From Promethearchaeota archaeon (GTDB lineage: Archaea > Asgardarchaeota > Lokiarchaeia > Sigyniarchaeales > SOKP01), in the NCBI GenBank assembly GCA_048938445.1, contig JBHLME010000104.1, positions 1 to 16,108 of the forward strand: a stretch of 16,108 nucleotides of DNA. The letters run 5' to 3'. Position 1 is the stretch's first letter; each line of letters opens with the position of its first letter. The notes under the pieces were generated by a model. It saw only the letters and a list, made by a program, of their open reading frames with translations, was not told the origin of the DNA and did no database searches. Position numbers and translations under genes: made by a program. Shown here piece after piece: positions 8,179 to 16,108 of the stretch.

Positions 8179-8724
8179 TCATTTTATTTTTAATGAGATA
8201 GTTTTTTCGACTTGAAACTTTGATTTCTTTTCATTCTTACGAGAAATAAAAAAAATTTTTTTTAATTCGAACTTTGTACTGCTCCAAGAAGTCTGTAGTT
8301 CCCTCATCAAACTTATCATAGTATCTCTCCCATTAACTTGTCCAACACTCAAGTGAGGAGTAAAGCCACCTTGGTGCTTGTTAACATCATTACAATCAGG
8401 GACAATTTTTAATAATTCTAATTGAAATTCTTTTAAGGAACTTATAGGTTCGGGCTCAAGCCAGATGGTATAATGTTCATGATGGTGATGAAAAAACTTA
8501 AAATTGTTTAATTGTAATTCAAATGGTTCGATAATCGTGCAAGTCTCTGAAAAAGTAGATTCAAGTGATATAAATTCTGATTTAGGCCTAAAGGGATATA
8601 ATAAATTAATGTGAGGCATCCATCTATTGATTTGACGGTCATACTTTTTTCTAATAACTTGAATTGGTTCCCAACATGAACGTGGAGGAATGATCACGAC
8701 TGCTGAAGTATATACCTTGCTCAT
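8179..8724 (-). CDS. 2H phosphoesterase (2'-5' RNA ligase/cyclic phosphodiesterase superfamily)
   Basis: Two H-x-[ST]-type motifs at typical spacing: variant WMPHINLLYPF and FTPHLSVGQ. Length is 181 aa. Confidence 0.88.
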   Translation of the reverse strand: MSKVYTSAVVIIPPRSCWEPIQVIRKKYDRQINRWMPHINLLYPFRPKSEFISLESTFSETCTIIEPFELQLNNFKFFHHHHEHYTIWLEPEPISSLKEFQLELLKIVPDCNDVNKHQGGFTPHLSVGQVNGRDTMISLMRELQTSWSSTKFELKKIFFISRKNEKKSKFQVEKTISLKIK

Positions 8725-8770
8725 TATATGATTATAATAAAGTTATTATGTTTTATATTGTATACATATA

Positions 8771-9283
8771 ATGAAAATGAATATCAAGCAAAGACACTTT
8801 ATTAAGAGTTCAGAAATAAAATCGCTAAAAGCAGATATTTTAAAACAGTATGACAATGAATTTATTGACCAAATTATCCCAAACAAGGCTCGGATTGAAG
8901 TCATTTACACGGAGGCTGGAGACACCTTATACGCTATTAATGGAGAGTTAAAACTTTGGAAATCTATGGAGGGATACATTCCAGTATTAACATTGCTTTT
9001 AAAAGGAAAGATAAATATAAAAACAGTTATCGTAGATATGGGGGCCATAAGGTTCGTGACAAATGGTGCAGATGTAATGCGTCCGGGAATTACAAAAATC
9101 GATCCATCCATAACCAAGGGAGATATCGTGAAAATCGCTGATGAAACCCATGGAAAGACCTTAGCAGTAGGAAAAGCATTGTATGACGCAGATGAGATGG
9201 AAAAAATAACAAAAGGGAAAGTCATTAAAAATCTTCATACGATCAAGGATTCTGTTTGGAATTTTTCTAAAGAGTTTAAATGA
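8771..9283 (+). CDS. Pre-PUA (DUF1947-like) + PUA RNA-binding protein, archaeal MCTS1/Tma20-like
   Basis: Characteristic VIVDMGAIRFVTNGADVMRPGI, followed by GDIVKI...LAVGKA and GKVIKNLHTIKDSVW. N-terminal RHFIKSSEIK. Confidence 0.92.
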   Translation: MKMNIKQRHFIKSSEIKSLKADILKQYDNEFIDQIIPNKARIEVIYTEAGDTLYAINGELKLWKSMEGYIPVLTLLLKGKINIKTVIVDMGAIRFVTNGADVMRPGITKIDPSITKGDIVKIADETHGKTLAVGKALYDADEMEKITKGKVIKNLHTIKDSVWNFSKEFK

Positions 9284-9579
9284 ATTCTTTTAATAAAATG
9301 TTTTTATAATTCTCTTTATCCTTCTTATTTAATTCATTAACGTCAGTGCTCATTCGATTATAATAATCCGGATCGCTTTCACTCATTTAGTATAGAATCC
9401 TTTTTCCTGTAATTGCTAATCGCAATAAATACCTTGCTAAACTAAGTTTTAAAAAAGAGTAAAGTCATTTAAAATAATAGATTTTGTCGTCTTGTTGCTT
9501 CGATCATTACGAACGTTATAAAAATTTTAATAATTACTTTTATAGCTTATAAATGCAAACCATTAGAACATGATATAAA

Positions 9580-9888
9580 CTATTCAATTGCTTTTTTTAT
9601 GATTGAATAAGCAACATGTTTTTCATTTGTATTTAGATCATTTATATCTTTACCAGAATAATCATACTTGTCAATATTTCTATCATGATACAAGCAAGCG
9701 ATTATCAGCATGGCATTTTGAAAAAAAACTTCGCTTTCTATTTCACGTGTAACTTCAATGAGTTTGTAAATAGAATCTTCGAAGAAATGATCTTTAGTTT
9801 CAGCATCAAGGTTCTTTTCTAGTTGTAAGTAGTTGTTAAAAACGAATGAATAAAAATCATATTCTCTTATCACTTTTTTTAAACACAC
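9580..9888 (-). CDS. Hypothetical protein
   Basis: 102-aa ORF with a GTG start and no overlap with other genes. No recognisable motif; start uncertain. Confidence 0.5.
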   Translation of the reverse strand: MCLKKVIREYDFYSFVFNNYLQLEKNLDAETKDHFFEDSIYKLIEVTREIESEVFFQNAMLIIACLYHDRNIDKYDYSGKDINDLNTNEKHVAYSIIKKAIE

Positions 9889-10082
9889 CCCTTCAACATT
9901 TTATTAAATGCAAAAAAAAAATATAACCGACGAATATCATTACGACTAATTTAATTTTTAAATGCATTATTTTTAGATTTTAGTCCGTGTTAGTGGTACG
10001 AACAAATATTTGATATAGTTTTGTTAAATCAGATTCTTAAAATACTAATTCTAATTAAAAAAAAAAATGATTTAAAAAAAAT

Positions 10083-10601
10083 TTAGTGAGTTTTAGAGTA
10101 AGAAGGGTATCTCTTTTCTAGTTCAGCTTTCACTTCTTCATCCGTCTTAAGTTTAGTAAATAAACTATAGCACAATACTCCACCAATGATGATTAAAAAT
10201 GGATCAATATAGAGCCCCAATCCATTCATCGGTATAGGATGAATTCCACCAGAAATTACGCTTAGATCAATAACCCCTATTGGTATATTTATACCTATTA
10301 TTGCGATAACTCCAAAGATTATGCAAATAGCACCTCCAATTAGTCGATTTTTAAATGAAATGATCGCTCCACAAAGTGCTCCTAATCCAAGAAATAATGT
10401 CACACCTCCTGTTATGTACAACAACGAGTGATCGATCCCTAATGAAGTCCAACTTTCCCCTGCTAATAGAATTAAAATTTCCAATGTGCCTAATATTCCA
10501 AATACAGATAATCCTCCTAATGATAATAATATAGCTCCAATCATTGCAACTATAGGACCAATTTTTGATTGGTAAGGTTTTAATGTATTTTTCTTATTCA
10601 T
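10083..10601 (-). CDS. Hypothetical membrane protein (about 4 TM helices)
   Basis: Four Gly-rich hydrophobic segments and a charged C-terminal tail. Confidence 0.75.
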   Translation of the reverse strand: MNKKNTLKPYQSKIGPIVAMIGAILLSLGGLSVFGILGTLEILILLAGESWTSLGIDHSLLYITGGVTLFLGLGALCGAIISFKNRLIGGAICIIFGVIAIIGINIPIGVIDLSVISGGIHPIPMNGLGLYIDPFLIIIGGVLCYSLFTKLKTDEEVKAELEKRYPSYSKTH

Positions 10602-11045
10602 TATTTAGACCTCTCAAATAAATATTGTCTTTAAGTATATAAATTTGCAGACTATTTAAATATTAATGGTAAATGATTGAAGGTTCTTGGATGTATACTA
10701 TAAACCATACTCAAACAATTATATTTAATCACTTATTTTATTTCTTATAATTTTTGTAGGGTATTTTTCCAGTAGAAATAGACGTCTAGTAAGTTCTTTT
10801 TTGTTTTTACTATAATTTTTTTTACTTTTTCATTTAAATATGATTTTTCTCATCTCTTAATCATGATAAGGCTGAGTAATACGAGAAATATCGTGAAACA
10901 TAATAAAAAGATCGCATATTATGCAGATATAGCCTGAATAATACTCGATTTCAAAAATTAACATCGACTTGTATTACTTGGATATTAGTATTAAGGGTCA
11001 TGACTGGTATATGTTAATGATTCTTAGAAAATATGAATAAAATAA

Positions 11046-11372
11046 ATGGGTGTATGTGTTAAAATGAGCATGTTTAGGAGTTATTTACTAAAAAACAATT
11101 TTTGGGCAAAAAAGGGAAATGAAAAAGATCCAAACAATTCTGAGAAAGTTTATATCAAACACAATGAAGTCGTTGGCGGGATTTGGGCGATCATTGAAAA
11201 TAAACCAGATAGAAAAGGCGTGAAAATCATCGTAGAAGGCCTTGAATATTTTTTCAATAACTTTGATAAATTAGATGCGTTTCTCAATCGATTAGAACAA
11301 AAGCAAAATGATTTCATGAGAATAGTTCGAAGGCGGGATATTAGCCATAAATTGAGAACTTTAGAAATTTAA
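11046..11372 (+). CDS. Hypothetical protein
   Basis: 108-aa ORF with plausible globular composition. Several possible start codons; no recognised motif. Confidence 0.6.
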   Translation: MGVCVKMSMFRSYLLKNNFWAKKGNEKDPNNSEKVYIKHNEVVGGIWAIIENKPDRKGVKIIVEGLEYFFNNFDKLDAFLNRLEQKQNDFMRIVRRRDISHKLRTLEI

Positions 11373-11557
11373 ATTAATATCGTTTGAAGAATTATTTTTA
11401 AGTTTTAATCATTTAGCTTATTAAATTAGAATATTTCAAGAAGTTTGTCAAATTATTGATAATTTTATAAATAAATTCTTCAATAGGTATGAATTAAAGA
11501 TAGCATTCCTATTTTAATTATCTACCAAATATATTAAAATATTGAGGAAAAAAATGA

Positions 11558-12094
11558 TCAATCATCCAATTCCGTAGAAACTATAGTTCTCATTCCTAAA
11601 ATCAACATTATTAATGCTGAGGGCAACATTATCATGAAGATGAAGAGATCTATAAAATTTTTCGTTGTCATTGGGAATTCTAAATTATAAATCATTAGCT
11701 GATAATCGAGAGGATCAAAACTTGATATGTTTAATAATATTGGATAAATAATTGAATTGGTGACCAATTGCAAAATTGCGATTAATAATATAATGAAAGA
11801 ACATAGCATAACTATTTTATTAATATTTTCTTTCCTTATAGATTTCCATAGTTCAATCATTAATGTAATTGAACTCACGGGAATTAATATTAATCCAAGA
11901 TAATATATTGATATGATTAAATATATTATCGATTGACCAATTAAGAAAAGAATCTGATCTCCTATTTCTATAACTCCCGGTGTGGTATAAGCAGATGAAA
12001 GAAGAGAATTTGTCATCCAATTTAAAGAAATGTTAATCATTACCAATAGAAACAAGATTATAGATAATATTTTAGAAATATTTGATTTATTCAT
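11558..12094 (-). CDS. Hypothetical membrane protein (about 4 TM helices)
   Basis: Four long hydrophobic I/L-rich segments. Confidence 0.7.
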   Translation of the reverse strand: MNKSNISKILSIILFLLVMINISLNWMTNSLLSSAYTTPGVIEIGDQILFLIGQSIIYLIISIYYLGLILIPVSSITLMIELWKSIRKENINKIVMLCSFIILLIAILQLVTNSIIYPILLNISSFDPLDYQLMIYNLEFPMTTKNFIDLFIFMIMLPSALIMLILGMRTIVSTELDD

Positions 12095-12273
12095 ATAATT
12101 TCATCTTTTATAACTTGAGAAAACATGTTAAAAGAAAAATCTAAAATGTTTTATTACACAACTGAGATTTTTCATTTTTATATATGATCCTTAAAAAATG
12201 AAAGTCTTCATTAAAAACTAAAGGATAAGTGGATAATAACCCATTTAACATGCTATACGATTTGTTTTTCAAA

Positions 12274-13083
12274 TTATAAAGTCAAGATGAGCCTCTCAAT
12301 ATCCAATACTTTACTAGCGAGCCTTATAAATACAAGACATAGGACGCTAATAATTCCGGCAATTATTATAATGATAACAGGAGAAAGAAATGCGGGATTG
12401 ACCATTTGAACGAAAAAAAGCCCAAAAAGAGGGACAATTAATGAACCCCCAATGCTTTGAGCACTTTTTACTGTCTTTACGCGAGAACTAATGATCACGT
12501 TTATTTGTATGAATAAAAAAGAAATTAAAGGAGATATGAGAAATCCTATTAATAAATCGGATAAATCCGTGAAAATTAAGAGATTTCCGTTTAAGTATGA
12601 TAAAAACATTAGATTAGTAATTAGTCCTAAACCAAAAAAACACAAAATGCTGATAATCAAGGAGGGAATAAATGAGGTCATTACTTTCCCGAGTATCAAC
12701 TCTGTTTTAGTTATTGGCAACAAGGCTAAATTTTCCATTGTTTTTCTTTCTTTTTCACCCGCAAATGAGTCTGCAGAGATAAAACTTGAGGTAAATCCAG
12801 GAACAAATAAAAAGAAGGGAATTACCATCCATTTAATCATGAATATTGCTGCCTGTAAATGCACATCATAATGGGAAATATTAAGGAGTACAATAAAAGT
12901 ACTAGCACCAGGATATTCTGCCAAAAAGGTAAAAGGATCAACGAGTGCCGCAATCATCATAAAAACAGGTAAAAATATCGTGAAAATCATTGGTAATATT
13001 ATTACTGCCGCTAATATTTCTTTATTGCGTATTGTTCCTTTCCAGTCCTTTCTCATAATCTTCCAGCTATTTATCAAGTTCAT
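12274..13083 (-). CDS. ABC-2 type transporter permease
   Basis: About 6 TM helices and the motif ADSFAGEKERKTMENLALLPITKTELILGKV. Lies 12 nt downstream of the ATPase gene. Confidence 0.92.
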   Translation of the reverse strand: MNLINSWKIMRKDWKGTIRNKEILAAVIILPMIFTIFLPVFMMIAALVDPFTFLAEYPGASTFIVLLNISHYDVHLQAAIFMIKWMVIPFFLFVPGFTSSFISADSFAGEKERKTMENLALLPITKTELILGKVMTSFIPSLIISILCFFGLGLITNLMFLSYLNGNLLIFTDLSDLLIGFLISPLISFLFIQINVIISSRVKTVKSAQSIGGSLIVPLFGLFFVQMVNPAFLSPVIIIIIAGIISVLCLVFIRLASKVLDIERLILTL

Positions 13084-13095
13084 TTTAATCCATCC

Positions 13096-14064
13096 TCACT
13101 CCTGTTGATTTTGCATCAATTTAAGATATATATCCTCCAATGAATGAATGGTTCGGTTAATTTCTAGAATCCTAGCATTTGAATCTACCAATTCTTTCAC
13201 GATCAATGGAGTTGTCTCATCAGCGTCCCTTGAATAAAAATAAATTTTATTATCATCAATTCGATATTGATCGATATAATTTAAGCGAGATATTTTTTCT
13301 TGAATTTCTTTTGATACAGGTGATACAAGAGTGCAAACCATTTCTTGGGTTTTGAAAAGATCATTCCTAAGTTCTGAAGGTGTACCTATACGTTTTATTT
13401 GTCCTAAATCTAAAATTGCTACTCGATCACAAATTTTTTGGACTTCCTCTAAATTATGTGAATTTATGAAAAGTGTTCGATGCTTTTTTTTTAAACTTAG
13501 AATTAAATCTCGAACTTTTACAGATGCAATAGGGTCAAGACCAGAAGTAGGCTCGTCAAAAAATAGAATTTGAGGATCATGTAAAAGTGCTCTGGCTATT
13601 GCTAGACGTTGTTTTTGCCCTTTTGACAACTTTCCTGCTTTCATGTCTTTTCTTTTAATTAGGTCTATTTCTTGGAGAACTGAATCTATTCTCTTTTCCA
13701 ATTCTCCTGGTTCAATGTCATAAAAGCTGCCAAAAAACCGCAAGTTATCATGAACTGAAAGATATTCATAGTTACCATGGTTCTCTGTTAAAAATCCCAT
13801 GTTCTTTCTTAATGAATGTTCTTGTTTTTTCAAGTTTTCTCCATTAACAAGAATGTTTCCTGCGTGTGGTTTCAATAATCCTGCGATACATCGAATGGCC
13901 GTGGTTTTTCCCGCGCCATTAGGACCAAGCAAACCAAAGATCTCACCTTGTTTAACCTCAAAACTCACGTTATTTAAAGCCCAAATCTCACTTTCTTCTT
14001 CCGATTTACTTTTTTTATTGTAAAATACTTTTGAAAGGTTCTCGACCTTGATTACTGACTCCAT
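13096..14064 (-). CDS. ABC exporter ATP-binding subunit (multidrug/ABC-2 type)
   Basis: Walker A GPNGAGKTT, signature LSKGQKQR, Walker B ILFFDEPTSGLD, H-loop NSH and C-terminal SLEDIYL. Confidence 0.96.
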   Translation of the reverse strand: MESVIKVENLSKVFYNKKSKSEEESEIWALNNVSFEVKQGEIFGLLGPNGAGKTTAIRCIAGLLKPHAGNILVNGENLKKQEHSLRKNMGFLTENHGNYEYLSVHDNLRFFGSFYDIEPGELEKRIDSVLQEIDLIKRKDMKAGKLSKGQKQRLAIARALLHDPQILFFDEPTSGLDPIASVKVRDLILSLKKKHRTLFINSHNLEEVQKICDRVAILDLGQIKRIGTPSELRNDLFKTQEMVCTLVSPVSKEIQEKISRLNYIDQYRIDDNKIYFYSRDADETTPLIVKELVDSNARILEINRTIHSLEDIYLKLMQNQQE

Positions 14065-14166
14065 AGTATAAGTAAAAGTTTATTAATTATTATAATTATA
14101 TAAGATAAATCAAGTTATTAAGATATTTAACATAAGATAATCAAAAAAAAAGAATAAATTAAAATA

Positions 14167-14745
14167 TTAATATATTTTTGAACCACAATTTTCACAGAAA
14201 TTAACATCTTGAGCCAATTGATGACCACAATACACGCAGAAGGTCTTTCCTTCTGAAGCAATTGGAGCTATGATCTTTTTCGAAGGAGGTTCATAATTTT
14301 CAGCAGGAGCATACGAAATGCTTTCTCCAAGGATTATTTCTCCCGTTTCAGCATTAAAGCGGTATCTTATTTTCCCACTATTACGTAAGACTAAAAGGAC
14401 TCTTAACACATCCTTTGGTTTAATTCCAACTTCAAGAGCTATGTCCTCTAGTTTATATGTTCCCTGCCCCCGGGAGATTATGGCCGCTTTAATTGCTTGT
14501 TTATACCTACTATTGGTATATATCTGTTGGAATCCTCCGATAAAGATAAAAAAAGCTGGTATGAACATCCAAAACCCCCAAGTGCGTAAGGAAAGGAAAC
14601 CATTATCTAAAGCATGAAGTACTAACGATAGAATCGCAACAAATAAAAAAACTCCTGCACAACCAAACGAGCCTGCTGCTGCTTCATAAGATTTATCCGA
14701 ATAATATCTATGTCTATATTTTTCCTTGTCTTCTTCCATTGTCAT
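14167..14745 (-). CDS. Membrane protein with two TM helices, a winged-helix-like region and a C-terminal zinc ribbon
   Basis: Two N-terminal hydrophobic helices, an HTH-like segment YKLEDIALEVGIKPKDVLRVLLVLRNSGKI and C-terminal FCVYCG-x8-FCENCG. Confidence 0.75.
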   Translation of the reverse strand: MTMEEDKEKYRHRYYSDKSYEAAAGSFGCAGVFLFVAILSLVLHALDNGFLSLRTWGFWMFIPAFFIFIGGFQQIYTNSRYKQAIKAAIISRGQGTYKLEDIALEVGIKPKDVLRVLLVLRNSGKIRYRFNAETGEIILGESISYAPAENYEPPSKKIIAPIASEGKTFCVYCGHQLAQDVNFCENCGSKIY

Positions 14746-14864
14746 ATCATTAAAATTAATTACTAATAACTATTAAAATGAAGAAAGTAAATTTAATTTT
14801 AAAAATTATTGTAGTCCAAATATTAGGAAAAATTAATGCTGTATTTTTTAGACCCTCAAGCTTG

Positions 14865-15716
14865 TTATATCTCATACTTTAAATAAAAATGAACTTTAGG
14901 ATTACTTAAACGGAAATCTTTACTAACTGAATCTAATATCATTTCAGTCTTACCTACGACTAGTAATCCTTGAGATATTAAGTGTTCTGACATCATTTTA
15001 AGAACTTTACGTTGAGAGTTTTGATTAAGATAAATTAAAAAATTTCTACAAAAAATAATATCATATTTTTGATTGAATTGATGTCCCTCAATCAAATCTT
15101 CTTGAATAAATGTTACTTTCTTTTTAATCTCATCATTTATTATGTGTTTAGAACTTAATTTACTTTTTTTTCCTGTAAAATATGATTTATAAATAATAGG
15201 TAACTCATGAATAGAATAGTTACCATACTTTCCTTTTTTTGCCATATTGATGGCGTTAATATCAATATCAGATGCGAAAATTTCAATGTCTGGAATATTC
15301 TTATTATATCTTTTAAGATAGTCAAACATCATTGCCAAAGAATAGGGTTCTTCACCTGTAGAACACGGAGCGGACCAAATTCTCAAAACATCTTGATTAT
15401 TTCTTTTAATTTTACGATTAAGAAAGTCCGACATAAGAGCTTGATATACTTCATAATTCCTAAAAAAATAGGTATAATTTACGGTAAAAAAGTTGCTAAA
15501 ATTATTAAATTCTGATGGGGTTCTTAAAATATATTCAAAGTATTCTTTATCTGACTTTAGATTTAAATTATGAATTCGGGTTTTTATTTTTCGTTCTAAA
15601 AATTTCTGTTTATAACATTTAACATTTATTTTAGTAGATTTACGTAAATGATCAATTAAAAATTGAATTGATTCTGGGTGAAGACTAATTTTATCTATAG
15701 CTGATTCTGCTAACAT
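14865..15716 (-). CDS. cheR: CheR-type protein-glutamate O-methyltransferase
   Basis: Motifs YKQKFLERKI, TVNYTYFFRN, RIWSAPCSTGEEPYSLAM, IFASDID, YDIIFCRNFLIY and GLLVVGKTE. Confidence 0.93.
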   Translation of the reverse strand: MLAESAIDKISLHPESIQFLIDHLRKSTKINVKCYKQKFLERKIKTRIHNLNLKSDKEYFEYILRTPSEFNNFSNFFTVNYTYFFRNYEVYQALMSDFLNRKIKRNNQDVLRIWSAPCSTGEEPYSLAMMFDYLKRYNKNIPDIEIFASDIDINAINMAKKGKYGNYSIHELPIIYKSYFTGKKSKLSSKHIINDEIKKKVTFIQEDLIEGHQFNQKYDIIFCRNFLIYLNQNSQRKVLKMMSEHLISQGLLVVGKTEMILDSVSKDFRLSNPKVHFYLKYEI

Positions 15717-16108
15717 GTTTTAAAAATGAAGACCCTAAAATTATACCTAATTATGACTATAACACAAGATTGTCCTTTTAAAGTAATTTAATCACTTTTT
15801 TCATACCTATAATTTTTAAAACCTAAATAAGAAAAACTAACTACAAAAATGTAATAAAATTTAATTCAAGTATGATGATATATAAAATACTTTTTTAATT
15901 TACTTATAAGAAGTGTATTCATTAGAATAAAAATGATTTTTACTGATTAAATTAAAAATTAAAGGTACACTTTTCTTAAAATTCAGTGAATAATGATGTT
16001 AGAACATCATAATATTTATTTTTTAAAAAAAACAATGAAGTTTTAAATCAAAAGAATGTTATTCTTAACCGTTAATTAAAATAATGGTTTGAAAGCGCGA
16101 CTCCTAAT

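Noticed and set aside
9550-9580. GCAAACCATT resembling the start of a c-di-GMP-I riboswitch
   Set aside because: The remaining consensus (GAAA tetraloop stem, GCAAAG, second hairpin) is absent.
1094-15515. Antisense/shadow ORFs (1094, 2860, 3177, 3722, 5814, 6921, 7161, 8905, 8956, 12491, 13331, 13799, 14318, 15207)
   Set aside because: All lie within well-supported genes, on the opposite strand or in another frame, and have no motifs.
16060-16108. Slightly GC-richer end of the window as a possible RNA gene or next CDS
   Set aside because: Too short and truncated to assign; no tRNA or rRNA signature is visible.

Overview
AT-rich archaeal DNA that looks Asgard (Lokiarchaeia-like). This is inferred from three eukaryotic-signature genes: an ESCRT-II Vps22/Vps36 (EAP30)-like protein cut by the left edge, a longin-small GTPase fusion and a Rab-like small GTPase. 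The window also encodes a phosphohexomutase, a SIR2-TPR protein, a 2H phosphoesterase, a pre-PUA/PUA (MCTS1/Tma20-like) protein, an ABC-2 exporter pair, several membrane or hypothetical proteins and an apparently orphan CheR. The main discovery is that the Rab-like GTPase gene (minus strand, 5287..4690) is interrupted just after its G2/switch I motif by a 31-nt GC-rich insertion (5103..5133). Together with the flanking exons, the insertion folds into a canonical archaeal bulge-helix-bulge (BHB) splicing motif. Cutting at the standard BHB positions removes exactly 31 nt, removes a premature TAG and restores a complete 188-aa GTPase. It is a candidate tRNA-type intron in the mRNA of an Asgard eukaryotic-signature gene. 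All folds were done by hand; no searches were run.
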